Part shown: positions 10,001-20,647 of the stretch, in pieces
How positions within the stretch are numbered: the stretch's first letter is position 1
Layout of the letters: the number at the start of each line of letters is the position of its first letter
Virus record (IMG/VR): IMGVR_UViG_3300047160_009070
Span: 31,320 to 95,319 of that record
Direction: 5' to 3' (one strand)
Source: a virus
Length of the DNA: 64,000 nt
Notes under the pieces: generated by a model
Database searches by the model: none
What the model was told of the DNA's origin: nothing
Seen by the model: only the letters and a program-made list of their open reading frames with translations
Translations under genes and position numbers: made by a program

Positions 10001-11712
10001 ACTACTACCAGGGGACCGGCTGGATCACCGGAGCCCAGCTGCAGAACATCTACAACCGCCGTTACGGCCACCATCCCGCTCCCGGCTCCCCCGGCGCTGT
10101 GCATACTGCACCTGTCGTTCATCATCGCCCCGATCCGCTGCTGACGGACATCGTGGATTTCTACGACCAGGCGGGCTTGATGGGGCAGGACAGCCCGCGG
10201 GGTGTGGGTGTGACGGTCCCCCCGGAGATCAACCTGCTCGGGAGGATCACCGAGCGGATCACCGGCCTTCGCGCCCAGGGCCTCCCGTTGGGAGGTCCGG
10301 TCAGCCTGCTGACGGGTTTGGGGAGGGTGTCGGGCGGAGGGTTCGACGCGATCCAGGCTGCGCTGAACCGGGCGATGTCAAGAATGACCGCAAGCCAGGC
10401 GTACGACCTCGCGCTGGACTACGGCCGTGCGCTGGGACGCCACCCCGCCGCACCCCGGCTGGCTGCGGAGCGCGAGCTCCGTCTTGACGAGCGTTCGCTG
10501 AGCCGTCTGACCGGCGAGATGCACAGGATCAGCGCGGAGCGCAGAAGCGAGCGTGCTCTGATGATGAAGGAGCACGGCAACCAGCGAGCTCGTACCGGCC
10601 AGCATCTGCGCAAGCTGCGGGACGAGGCGCACAGGGACCATGTGGACGCACAGAAGATCCGTACCGACATCGCCCACGACATGCACACCGTCGCCGCCGG
10701 GCGTCCCGCCGAGGTTCTCACCACCATCCTCACCCATGCGCTGACCGGCATCTCGAACGTGTTCACCCACCAGCAGGACCAGGCGAGCACGCTCAGCTCG
10801 TTCACCAGCGCGATCGGGAGCGTGCTGCCGAGAACGCCGCTCGCTCAACTCGGCCTGTACGGAACGCCGGGGCGCCGGGCGCTGGCACGAATGGGCCTCA
10901 CCCCGCGTGACGCTCGCCTGCTCGAGGGCGGCACCGCGTACGGCGCCCAGATGGTGCAGTACGACATCTTCAGCGACCAACTCGCCCAATACCAGCATGA
11001 CCGGGCGCGTCTCGGCGAGCTGTACCGGCAGGCTTTGAAGACCCACAACAAGAAGCTGCAGAACTCGATCCTCGACGAGATCAACACGGTCGACACCGCG
11101 ATCGCCTCCACCGAAGGGGACCGCCAGACCGCCCTGTTCAACGCGATCCAGGCGAAGGCCGGCCAGATCGGCCTGCCCGCCCAAAGGATCGCCGACCAAA
11201 TCACGGGGCTGCAGGCGATCCAGGGACTCGCGCCGGGAGCGAACATCGCCGGTCTGCTCGGCGGCGCGAACATCGTCCAAACCCTCGGGCTGGGCGGCGC
11301 GCAGCCCGGCACCGGCCTGTCGTATTTCCAGAACCTCGCGTCCGCGCAGGGCGGGACGCTCACCGCCAGCCAGATCGCGGCCGCCACCGCCGGCGTGAAC
11401 TCGATGAACGACATCCTCCGCAGCGAGATGGCGCCGCTCCAGAAAGAACTCCAGTATTACGAGCACGAGCTTCCTTCCCTGTCCGGCACACAGCGCGACA
11501 CGGTGATCAGCGCGATGAACGGTTTGGCGCAGCAGATCTTCGGGTTGCAGGGCTCGATCGACACGAACACCACGTCGCTGAACCAACTCACGGGCGCCAC
11601 GAACGCGAACACCAGCGCCACCGGCCAGATGACCGGCACCGTCGCCTACGCCTACCAGGGCCAGAACTGGCTGGCGTCGGTGACCGGTCCGAACGTCACA
11701 CAGGGAATCTGA
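4011..11712 (+). CDS. Tape measure protein with lytic transglycosylase (~9020-9310) and M23 peptidase (~9500-9820) domains; N-terminus needs recoding at 4023-4032
   Basis: 2536-aa ORF from 4102, Ala/Gly-rich; AMAESGG...ASGLWQI (SLT-like); GWDIAA...YYGH...STGPHLE (M23); RBS AAAGGAGG 3991-3998 precedes ATG 4011, which hits TGA after 5 codons, while LGDAVLEFDGD continues in the TMP frame. Confidence 0.9.
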
Positions 11713-11717
11713 AGTGA

Positions 11718-14700
11718 ATGACCGTCATCGTCTCGCCGACACCCCTCGGTCCCCCAGCCCCGCCCAGTGGCTGGAACGTCGTGTTCGCGGACGGGTTCGA
11801 CCAGGCGTCCGGGCTGTGGACCGGACCGTCCGGCGGGTGGGGCCCGAGCCGCAACAACAACGCCGGCAACGGGATCTACCAGGCTCCGTTCAACACCAAC
11901 GAGGTGGAGGCGTGGACACAGGACTCGGTGACCGTCGGTCCCGGCGGCCTGATCCTGACAGCCACCTACATCGGTTCGACGACAGCCACGATCGACGGCA
12001 GCAGCCGCACGTTCCGCTACAAGTCCGGGTGTGTCACCACACAGCCGTTGCTGCCGTCCGGTGGCCAGACCGGGTTCAACATCAACGGGTTCACGTTCCA
12101 GGTCCGCCCCGGGTTGACGTGGTGCCACGAAATCGTCTGCACGCTCCCCACCTATTTCGGCGCCGACCCGGCGTTCTGGTCGCAGGGACCCGGCACCGGC
12201 CAGATCGAGAACGACCATCCGGAGTGGACGTTCTACGCCGCCGACCACACCTCCACGGCGCTGGAGCAGGCGCTGATCGACTGGAGCTCGCCCGGTCCGC
12301 CGCAGGTCGGCTACGAGTCGTTCAACGTCGCCCAGATGACCGACGGGGTTCAGCACACATGGACGACGGTGATGGACGGCACCGCCCGGCAAACCAGGCT
12401 GTACATCGACGGGCACCTGTTCTCCACGTTCAACTGGCTGTCGAGCTTCGCCGGTTCGACACCCTCCTACATCGGCTCCAACTATTTCATCTCGCATGCG
12501 CTGCGTGACGCCTACACCGGCCAGTACCCGTCGTTCACCGACACGCGAAACTTCACGGTCCGCTCGGTGGTGTGCTACGCCCCCACGTCGCAGGGCACAA
12601 CAGGCACCGTCGGCGGTGGTGTCGCCCCCGGAACGCTCGTCGGCTCGCCACCCCCTCCGCCCCCACCACCACCCCCGCCTCCTCCCCCGCTGCCGCCGCC
12701 GAGCGGCACCGGCAATCCGTCGCTCTCAGGCCACTTGACCTCAGCCACCCCCGTTCTCCAGATCGGCCGGCTTGCGCTCGGCCCACCGACGATGCCGATC
12801 ACCGAAAGTGTCGGGGATCCCGTCGGCCAGGTCGGCGCGACGATCGTCGGCGCCCCGCGTGTGCCGTTGCAGATCACGCTCGACATCAACACGATCCTGA
12901 GCGGCTCCTCCACCGTCGCGCACGCCCAGATGGTCCGCCGGCAGATGCGCTCGATGCTCGGCAACACCCCACTGAAGCAGCAGTGCTTCCTGTATGTGGT
13001 GTACACCGACGATCCGGAGCAGAACGGCTGGATCATCCCGCAGCCCACTTCGTTCACCAGCCCGGACGGGACGGCATGGAAGGCGGTGGCGCTGTGGGAG
13101 ACACCGTCCGCCACCTGGTATCTCGCCGGCCGCAAACGCTCGATGCTCGAGGCACGGTCGATATGGATGAAGGACCTGCGGACCGGCAACTACGAGCGTG
13201 ACGTGCTCGGCTGGATCGTCTCGCAGGACTTCAACGCGCTCCCGGCGCTGCAGATCGTCGCGATGCCGAACGGCTCCATGTCGATCTCCAACTCGGTCAG
13301 CGACGCACGGCTCCCGTCCACCAACATGCCGGCAGGACGCGACGGCGGCATCGCCCAGCAGGTCCTCGGCGCGGTCGACCTCGACTTCCTGTGCTATGAG
13401 CGTTCGGAGGACACGCTGAACCTGTCCGACGTGGTGGTGTACGACCGGCGTGGCGTGATCTCCGGCTCGTTCTACCGGTCGGTGATCGTGAACGACGCGC
13501 CGAGCCTCTGGTACCGGATGGACGAAACGTCCGGCTCGACGATGGTCGACACGATGGGGAACGCGAACGGCACCTACAACGGTACGTCCACGCCGAACCT
13601 GTGCCCGTACCCGCTGACGCACAACTCGGGGGACGTGTCCGGCTGGTCAAGCGGCGCGGTCGCGGCGGTGATGGTGTCCGGCGCCACCCTGTCGTGGGTC
13701 ACCTCGCCGCTGCCGCAGTTCGGTGCCCCGGCCGACGCGAGCCTCGGCGGCGAGATGCAGATCACCACCACAGCGGCAGCCAGCGAGGGAGCGAGCCTGC
13801 TTCTCGGGGGCACGTTCCTGATCAACGTCCCGTACCGCATCGACGTGTATGTGCGAGGAAACTCGGGTGGCGAGACCGTTCAGGCGGGTGTCGGCGACCC
13901 CGCCGGCGACTACGTGTTCACCAGCGCAGCGACTCTCACGAACACGGGGTGGACGAGGATCGGCATCAACTGGACACCGTCCGCGAACCGAACCAACGTC
14001 CACATCTTCGTGCGGACCACCGCCGCGTCCGCGATGACGTTCTTCCTGAACGCCGTGCAACTCACCCAAACCCCGTCCGGCGTCCAACCCTATTCCGACG
14101 TGCAGAGCTACATGCTCGGGCAGTCAGGAGCCCTTGCGGCATCCGGCGACACCGACGCTGCCGTCCTGTTCGACGGCTACACCGGCAACGCGACGGTGCC
14201 GTTCAATCCGGCGTTCGCGACCCCGCAGTTCAGCTTCGAGTTGTGGATCAACCCGGAGGTCACCACCAGCGCCACCAACCAGTCGGTGGTGTTCACCGAG
14301 GTCACCAGCGGTGGCCGGTCCGGCGGCTACGGGCTCAGCATCCTTCCCGGCGGAACTCTCAGGATCACGATCTTCCATCCGGACGGGACGAGCCTGACGT
14401 TCAGCGGCAGTTCACTGGCGACCGACGTGTGGTCGCATGTTGTCGTCACCTACGACGGGGCGATCGTCTGGATGTACGTGAACGGGGTTCTGGGACCGAG
14501 AGTCTCGTTCACCAACTACGGGCCCCCGTTCGGGACGCTGACGCTCGCGGCGAACGGTCCCGGCGCTGTCGGCCTGTTGAACGCCGACATCGACGAGGTC
14601 GCGTTCTACAACTATGCGCTGACCGCAGCCCAGATCGCCGAGCACTACAACGCGGGCACCGGCATGGACGCCGGCGTGGTTCCCACCTCGATCAGCGGCT

Positions 14701-16031
14701 GGGAGGAGGTGTACGGCGTCGACTATCCGTGGAACTGGCTGACGACCGGGCAACCCACCGACGCTCCTGTTGTCGAGAACGGTCTGGTCAGGGTCCGCTA
14801 CGACCACATCGTCGGTCTCCCCGGCTTCCGCGTCGACGTGTGGAACGGCTCGAGCTATGTGGAGCAGGGCAAGATGTGCGTGTACCGGCTGGGGGACAGC
14901 GGCGGCTACTGCGACACCTGGGTCGGCGCCGAGATGGTGGAGTACACCCCGGACCGTGCCGTGATCCTGTGCGTGGTCCAGAACAGCGGCGATGACTACA
15001 GCCGCGAACGGATCTATGTGACGGTGCAGCGCGGAGAGTTCGGCGCCACGTTCGAAGCCTACGCGGCGCTGCTGTCCAGCCAGCTACCCGCCGACGTGAT
15101 CCTCGTGTGGCAGTCAGCCCCCGCCCCCGGGCCGGCTGCGGACGTGAACGACAGCGTCATCAAGATCGACGGCCAGGGGTCCGGTAGCTGGACTCCCAGC
15201 CCGCCGGCGGCGAACCAGGTGTCCCCGTTCCCGACCGTGATCGCGTCGACCGCCGGCACCGGCGCCGGCGCCGGCAACTCGGGTGTGTTCGGCGGTCTGG
15301 TGGCGCTCGGGAACCTGCACTTCATCACCTCCGAGAACTGGGTGACGCTGCTGCGCTACTCGGCGAACTACCATCTCCTCACCCCGTACCAACTCACGTT
15401 CGTGGTGCTGTCCGAACCGAACGTGTTCTTCCAGTACCAGGGCAGCCGCAGCGACGCGTACGGCGTGTCCTCCAACGAGTACATGGTCCGTTCGATCAAC
15501 GGCGCCGGCTATGTGCAGGCCCAAACATGGTTCGGCCCGACGACCCCGTCCCAAACATTGGAGGGCGAATCGATGAACCTCGGGTCCGGTGTCACGACCA
15601 CCTCGTCGGAGTCGACCGCGAGCGGAGGCAGCTCGGCGCAGAGCTCCAGCACCACCCCCAACCATCTGATGCTCACCGCCGCGAACTGGCCGGACAGCTT
15701 CCTCGGCACCTACCGGATACTCGCCCGCGTCAGAACGTCGGCGTCCACCCTGAACATCCGTGCGCTGACGGGAGCGACGACAGGCTCGATCGTCCAGTGC
15801 ACCCAGACCGGGTACACGTGGATTGATCTCGGCGAGATCGAAGCGAACAACACCACCCTGCAGATCGAGGCGTGGGCGACCGCCGCCGCCACGTTCCATG
15901 TAGACCGTCTCGAGGCGGTGCTGGTGGAGGACCGCCTCCGTTCCGGCGCGATCTACCAAGGAGCTCGTGACAGCGCCCAAGCGGCGCTGATGGACTCGAG
16001 GACCGTTGGCGCTCTGGCAATGAGGGGTTAG
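11718..16031 (+). CDS. Large minor tail protein: N-terminal GH16/ConA-like domain, poly-Pro linker, LamG and CBM-like domains
   Basis: WNVVFADGF...YKSGCVTT; PPPPPPPPPPPPPLPPP; YRMDETSGSTMVD...FSFELWI...WSHVVVTYDG...IDEVAFYNYALT (LamG); directly follows TMP. Confidence 0.8.
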   Translation: MTVIVSPTPLGPPAPPSGWNVVFADGFDQASGLWTGPSGGWGPSRNNNAGNGIYQAPFNTNEVEAWTQDSVTVGPGGLILTATYIGSTTATIDGSSRTFRYKSGCVTTQPLLPSGGQTGFNINGFTFQVRPGLTWCHEIVCTLPTYFGADPAFWSQGPGTGQIENDHPEWTFYAADHTSTALEQALIDWSSPGPPQVGYESFNVAQMTDGVQHTWTTVMDGTARQTRLYIDGHLFSTFNWLSSFAGSTPSYIGSNYFISHALRDAYTGQYPSFTDTRNFTVRSVVCYAPTSQGTTGTVGGGVAPGTLVGSPPPPPPPPPPPPPPLPPPSGTGNPSLSGHLTSATPVLQIGRLALGPPTMPITESVGDPVGQVGATIVGAPRVPLQITLDINTILSGSSTVAHAQMVRRQMRSMLGNTPLKQQCFLYVVYTDDPEQNGWIIPQPTSFTSPDGTAWKAVALWETPSATWYLAGRKRSMLEARSIWMKDLRTGNYERDVLGWIVSQDFNALPALQIVAMPNGSMSISNSVSDARLPSTNMPAGRDGGIAQQVLGAVDLDFLCYERSEDTLNLSDVVVYDRRGVISGSFYRSVIVNDAPSLWYRMDETSGSTMVDTMGNANGTYNGTSTPNLCPYPLTHNSGDVSGWSSGAVAAVMVSGATLSWVTSPLPQFGAPADASLGGEMQITTTAAASEGASLLLGGTFLINVPYRIDVYVRGNSGGETVQAGVGDPAGDYVFTSAATLTNTGWTRIGINWTPSANRTNVHIFVRTTAASAMTFFLNAVQLTQTPSGVQPYSDVQSYMLGQSGALAASGDTDAAVLFDGYTGNATVPFNPAFATPQFSFELWINPEVTTSATNQSVVFTEVTSGGRSGGYGLSILPGGTLRITIFHPDGTSLTFSGSSLATDVWSHVVVTYDGAIVWMYVNGVLGPRVSFTNYGPPFGTLTLAANGPGAVGLLNADIDEVAFYNYALTAAQIAEHYNAGTGMDAGVVPTSISGWEEVYGVDYPWNWLTTGQPTDAPVVENGLVRVRYDHIVGLPGFRVDVWNGSSYVEQGKMCVYRLGDSGGYCDTWVGAEMVEYTPDRAVILCVVQNSGDDYSRERIYVTVQRGEFGATFEAYAALLSSQLPADVILVWQSAPAPGPAADVNDSVIKIDGQGSGSWTPSPPAANQVSPFPTVIASTAGTGAGAGNSGVFGGLVALGNLHFITSENWVTLLRYSANYHLLTPYQLTFVVLSEPNVFFQYQGSRSDAYGVSSNEYMVRSINGAGYVQAQTWFGPTTPSQTLEGESMNLGSGVTTTSSESTASGGSSAQSSSTTPNHLMLTAANWPDSFLGTYRILARVRTSASTLNIRALTGATTGSIVQCTQTGYTWIDLGEIEANNTTLQIEAWATAAATFHVDRLEAVLVEDRLRSGAIYQGARDSAQAALMDSRTVGALAMRG

Positions 16032-16043
16032 GTGCGCGGCTAG

Positions 16044-19000
16044 ATGCCGATCGCCCATCCGATAGTCGCCGGCGGCACCCGCGGCTACCGGCTCCGCCAT
16101 GTGGGACCGAAGCTGCAGGTATGGCCGGCGCCCGCCGCCGCGGTTCCGACGTACGCGGTGCTGAACCAGCCGGACATGATCTCGCGCCCGCTGCCGTCGG
16201 CGCTCGCCCCCGGCGCCCCCGACTACCAGCAGGGACAGTGGTCAGGGCGCCTGCAGGACTCGGGCGACGGCCAGGTGACGTTCCCGAACTCGGTGTCGTC
16301 GGACGGCGTTCCGTGGCGCGACCGGTTCGACACGTTCGGGCACAACCAGTGGTTCGAGATCTACAACGACGCCGAGTTGGAGCAGGTGTTCTGCCTGATC
16401 AACCCGACGAAGTCCCAGAGCCAGATCATGATCTCGGGGGGCGACGGGTTCCTGCTGCTGAAGAAGGCGTTCGAACGGGATCTTGTGGTGGTGCAGGCAC
16501 CCAGGGACGTGATCGAGCGCGCCACACAGGTGTGGCAGACGCTGATCTCCGACAACTTCATTCCCGGCCTGCCTATCTCGACAGGGTTGTGGTCGGTCAG
16601 CGCCACCGGGGCGGGGAGCGTGGACCAGAACGGTCCGCTGACGCTCCACAACGGCCTGTCCGTCGGTTCGGCGACCGTCCAGTCGAAGGTGCTTTACCCA
16701 ACGCCGACGTCCGCCTGGCGCGCGGTCGCGAACGCGTCCACGATCGACATGGCGCCGACGACCGGCAGCCCCGGCACTTCTGTCGTGTCGGGAGCTGCGA
16801 GCACCGGTGTCGACAACCCGACGTACGGCACCGACCCGTGGACGAACCCGGGGGGCATCACCGGCGGATCGCCTGCCACTTGGAATTCAGCGAGCAGCGG
16901 CGACACCAGCCACTATCTGGCGTGCAGCAACTTCCACTTCGCTCTGCCGACCGGGTCGACCGTCGTCGGGATCGTCGCCTCGTTCCGGCGTGACGGCCAG
17001 ACCGTCCGTGGGTTCGGGGTGCAGGACTCGTCGATCAAGCTGATCGTCGGCGGGTTCATCGTCGGCATCGACCATGCCCAGACCTCCGTCACATGGGACC
17101 CTCTCGGGTTTCCGACGTTCGCGACCTACGGCTCCCCGACCGACACTTGGGGGCAGTCGCTCACCGAAACGGACGTGAACGCCTCGAACTTCGGGCTGGC
17201 GATCGCCGCGTTCGACAACGGCGGCGATTTTGCCGAGGTGTACGGCCCGGTGGAGATCACCCTCTACTACACCACCGCGTCGACGGTCAGCACCGTGTTC
17301 ACGCTCAGCCAGACGGAAAGCACCGGCGACGCCTATTCGGTTGCGGTCCAACAGTTCGCGACCTCGGCGGTCGCGGTGTTCAACGCCGGTAGCAACGTGT
17401 CGCTTAAGAAACCGATCCCGACCGCCGCCGCCTATGCGCTGCTGCTCGAGTCCGACGGCGAATGGGTCAGCGCCTACGTCAACGGGCAGTTCATCGACGG
17501 GTGCCGCCGGATCAACCCGTACACCACAGCCCTGCTGATGGCCGTGTCGCTGAACTCGGCTGCCGTCAGCGTCGTCAGCGACATCGTGATCACCGGCATG
17601 TTCTGCGACGCGCTGCAGCCGTTCCTGATGCGCGGCGCCGACAAAGGCGACTTTGTGCTGCCGGGCTCGGCGTTGACATACCCGACCGGCGGTCTGCACG
17701 CCCGCTACTTCCGCAACGCCGACCTGTCGAACTATTCGGGCAACCCAGCTTTGGGGCTGCTGCTGAACCATCCGTCCAGGACACAGGCGCTCGGGGCGTC
17801 CGGGCTCGGCGAATACCAGAACCAGCAGGACGCGAACATCGATCACGCGAACACGTCGATGGTGAACTGGGCCCCCGCCGGCGCCCCTGTCGACTCGAGC
17901 GGCTACCAGGTGTGGTTCTCGGTGGTGTGGTTCGGGGCGATCTGGCTGCCGCTGGCGTCACAGTCCGGGACGTTCACGTTCACGTTCACAGCCGACGACG
18001 GCGTTCGTGTGTGGATCGGAGCGACCCGGTTCGGCGATCAGATCATCGACTCGTGGGTGGAGCAGGCCGTGACCCCCTACACCGCGTCGATCGACTGCGG
18101 CACCGGGAACATCACCCGAGGGTTCACGCCTCCTGCTGGTGCAGCAACGTCGCTGGCAGGCGGCGACGGGGCAGCCCGCGACGGTTGGTATCCGATCAAG
18201 ATCGAGTACTTCCAGGGCGCTAGCTCTGCGGCGGCTCAGTTCCATTTCACGCCGCCGACCGCATACAAAGACCCGGGCGGCACCAACTTCACCGCAGGCG
18301 CCGACACCGCCGTCCCGAAGACGTCGCTGTCGCCGCTCGGTTGTGTGGACCAGCGCTACCAGGGACAGTCGCACTACGACCTCGCGAAGAACACCGCCGA
18401 CCAGTTCGGCTACCAGATCGCGCTGGAACCCAAACGCCTCGAGTCCGGCCTGTTCCCGGGTGTGCTCGCACCCCGCATCCATGTGGGGCACGACACCGAC
18501 ATCATCCTCGTGCCGGACGACGCGTGGCGCAACGACCCGATGCTGAACTACTCGAGCCAGGAGGACGCGTCTGATCTCGCAGCGAGCCTGTTCGGGAACG
18601 GCGCGAGCTTTCAGAACACCGCGTCAGGCCAGCTGCAGGCTTTGGTGTTCGACCCGCCCACCCAGATGACATCCCTGTTCGACGTGCAGGGCTGGCAGGA
18701 CGCATCTGATGTGAGCTTCGCGTCGCTGCTGAACGCTCTGCTGAACAGCATGCTCGGTCTGCGGATCACTCCGTGGCAGGTGGTGTCCGCCGACCCGGTA
18801 GGGCGTCCCAGAGAGTCGTTCACATGGCCGTTGCCGAGCCTGCTGTCGGCGATGCGCTGGCGCCCTGGTGACGGGGTGCGTCTGCGAGCTCGCGACATCA
18901 GTGTGTGGGACACCAGCCCACGCCAGGCGCTGGTGGTGCAGCGCAACTTCACTCCGCAGGGAGTGACCGGCACCACCGTCGGCTGGGCGAACCGCCCGCG

Positions 19001-19409
19001 AGGCCATCTCCACGCGCAGCGCCAGATGTTCTACAGCCTCAGCCGGCTGGGACGCGCCTACCAGCGCCAGCGCGTGTCGCTGTCCGGCACCCACGTCACC
19101 GTCGCCGGCCTCTCCGGCCCCGACATCCTGAACCGCTCGGCGTTGGCGCTGCTGCCCGGCGACCAGATCATCGGTGTATGGCTGCGGGTGACCGACAACA
19201 GCGCGTTCAGCTTGTTCCATGTGTATGTGAACGGGAGCGACAGGACAACCCAGCTGGGAGGCCCGTGGACCAGCGTTCCGCTGGTGCTCGATCTCACCGG
19301 CATCGCGGCGCTCGAGATCGGCGGTGCGAACACGATGTACGTTCAACTCAACAACACCGGCAGCGCCAGCGACTTCAAGTACCAGCTGATCGCCGACGTG
19401 CAGAGGTAG
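16044..19409 (+). CDS. Minor tail protein with PA14 carbohydrate-binding domain
   Basis: GLHARYF...FSVVWFGAI...FTFTADDGVRVWI...WYPIKIEYFQG (PA14 signature); position in tail module. Confidence 0.75.
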   Translation: MPIAHPIVAGGTRGYRLRHVGPKLQVWPAPAAAVPTYAVLNQPDMISRPLPSALAPGAPDYQQGQWSGRLQDSGDGQVTFPNSVSSDGVPWRDRFDTFGHNQWFEIYNDAELEQVFCLINPTKSQSQIMISGGDGFLLLKKAFERDLVVVQAPRDVIERATQVWQTLISDNFIPGLPISTGLWSVSATGAGSVDQNGPLTLHNGLSVGSATVQSKVLYPTPTSAWRAVANASTIDMAPTTGSPGTSVVSGAASTGVDNPTYGTDPWTNPGGITGGSPATWNSASSGDTSHYLACSNFHFALPTGSTVVGIVASFRRDGQTVRGFGVQDSSIKLIVGGFIVGIDHAQTSVTWDPLGFPTFATYGSPTDTWGQSLTETDVNASNFGLAIAAFDNGGDFAEVYGPVEITLYYTTASTVSTVFTLSQTESTGDAYSVAVQQFATSAVAVFNAGSNVSLKKPIPTAAAYALLLESDGEWVSAYVNGQFIDGCRRINPYTTALLMAVSLNSAAVSVVSDIVITGMFCDALQPFLMRGADKGDFVLPGSALTYPTGGLHARYFRNADLSNYSGNPALGLLLNHPSRTQALGASGLGEYQNQQDANIDHANTSMVNWAPAGAPVDSSGYQVWFSVVWFGAIWLPLASQSGTFTFTFTADDGVRVWIGATRFGDQIIDSWVEQAVTPYTASIDCGTGNITRGFTPPAGAATSLAGGDGAARDGWYPIKIEYFQGASSAAAQFHFTPPTAYKDPGGTNFTAGADTAVPKTSLSPLGCVDQRYQGQSHYDLAKNTADQFGYQIALEPKRLESGLFPGVLAPRIHVGHDTDIILVPDDAWRNDPMLNYSSQEDASDLAASLFGNGASFQNTASGQLQALVFDPPTQMTSLFDVQGWQDASDVSFASLLNALLNSMLGLRITPWQVVSADPVGRPRESFTWPLPSLLSAMRWRPGDGVRLRARDISVWDTSPRQALVVQRNFTPQGVTGTTVGWANRPRGHLHAQRQMFYSLSRLGRAYQRQRVSLSGTHVTVAGLSGPDILNRSALALLPGDQIIGVWLRVTDNSAFSLFHVYVNGSDRTTQLGGPWTSVPLVLDLTGIAALEIGGANTMYVQLNNTGSASDFKYQLIADVQR

Positions 19410-19412
19410 CCG

Positions 19413-20639
19413 ATGTCGTGGACATGCCAATGGTTGACGTGCCCCCGCTACGAGATCGCGCAGGCGATCGCCAATAACCAGCCGCTGGCGCCGCTGATCG
19501 TGATGCGCCACGGCACTGCCTACTGCAGCGAGTGCGGGGCGGTCGTCACGATCCCGCACTCCAGCGCACAGTCCGTCACGCCGGTCCGGAACACCACGAT
19601 CACCAACGACGGGCGCTGGAACGCGTACGGGGGGATCTGTGTGGGCACCGGCGGCAAGCTGATCGCGGTGTGCCGCGACGGGTTCGACTATGCCTCCAAC
19701 GACGGGCACATCGCGGTGATGACCTCGGCCGACGGGGGTGTCACATGGAGCGGCAAGACGTTGCTCGCGCCTCCCGGCGGCGGAGCTCAGGGCTGGTATC
19801 ACTACTGCTCGGTGATGCAAACCCGGACCGGGCGGCTGGTGATCACCTGCTCACCCCGGTTCTCCGGCGGCGCGATCAACGGGATCAACGTCATCACGTC
19901 CGACGACAACGGCGTCACTTGGTCGGGGCCGAACCTGATCTTCCCGTTCGGCGGCTCGCCGCCGGGGTCCGGGACCGTCAGCATCAACAACAGCGCCTGT
20001 GTGCAGCGCGACAACGGCGACCTGCTGATGCCGATCTACGGTCTCGGCGGCAGCGATGTGAGCCAGCGTCCGGGGGTGATCATCTCCCCCGACGACGGCA
20101 ACAGCTGGAGCACCCCCTCCTACATGGGTGCCGCGAACAGCGGCTACGCCTGCTACTCGATCGTGGAGACAGCCAGCGGGGGTCTGCTGGCGTTCATCGA
20201 CGACGGCGCCGGCCACATCCGGATGTCCACCTCCGACGACGGTCTCACTTGGACCAACCCGGGCAGCGCGATCCCGTCCGGCGCCCCGATCTCGATCGAC
20301 TCGACGTACCGGTTCAACGTCGGCTACGTCGAGGACCTCGACGGTCTGGTGCTGGTGTACAGCAACGCGTCGGCGCTCACCAGCTACCGGCTCTCCGCCG
20401 ACGACGGCGCCACATGGTCAAACGAGGTGGTGCTCGCGACCGGCTACATCGCCAACCAGTTCTCGGCCGCCTGCCAGTACGGGGTGAGCCAAGTGCTCGT
20501 CGCCGACTCCCGCCAGTCAGGCAGCCAGCCGGTCGACTTCCACTTCACGCTGATGCAGGTCGTCGGGTCGCCGGGTGTCGCCGCCGATCTGCTGCCCCTC
20601 GCAACGCTCGACAACCGGCCTACCCCAGGCCCACCATAA
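19413..20639 (+). CDS. BNR/Asp-box beta-propeller (sialidase-like) tail-associated protein
   Basis: Five Asp-boxes: SADGGVTW, SDDNGVTW, SPDDGNSW, SDDGLTW, SADDGATW. Confidence 0.8.
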   Translation: MSWTCQWLTCPRYEIAQAIANNQPLAPLIVMRHGTAYCSECGAVVTIPHSSAQSVTPVRNTTITNDGRWNAYGGICVGTGGKLIAVCRDGFDYASNDGHIAVMTSADGGVTWSGKTLLAPPGGGAQGWYHYCSVMQTRTGRLVITCSPRFSGGAINGINVITSDDNGVTWSGPNLIFPFGGSPPGSGTVSINNSACVQRDNGDLLMPIYGLGGSDVSQRPGVIISPDDGNSWSTPSYMGAANSGYACYSIVETASGGLLAFIDDGAGHIRMSTSDDGLTWTNPGSAIPSGAPISIDSTYRFNVGYVEDLDGLVLVYSNASALTSYRLSADDGATWSNEVVLATGYIANQFSAACQYGVSQVLVADSRQSGSQPVDFHFTLMQVVGSPGVAADLLPLATLDNRPTPGPP

Positions 20640-20647
20640 GGAGAACG

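Noticed and set aside
4009-10125. Long minus-strand ORFs (797 aa, 751 aa and many others)
   Set aside because: Antisense shadows of high-GC coding sequence, Arg/Pro-rich, with no motifs or RBS.
869-19415. Several TAG stops followed in frame by the next gene (871/872, 2635/2639, 16031/16044, 19409/19413, also 43868/43869), suggesting TAG reassignment
   Set aside because: Each downstream ORF has its own ATG and a plausible N-terminus, other TAG stops are followed by out-of-frame genes, long genes contain no internal TAG, and no suppressor tRNA was seen.
19532-20647. N-terminal ~370 aa of the 680-aa ORF
   Set aside because: It overlaps the Asp-box gene out of frame; the real start is ATG 20648 with a strong RBS.
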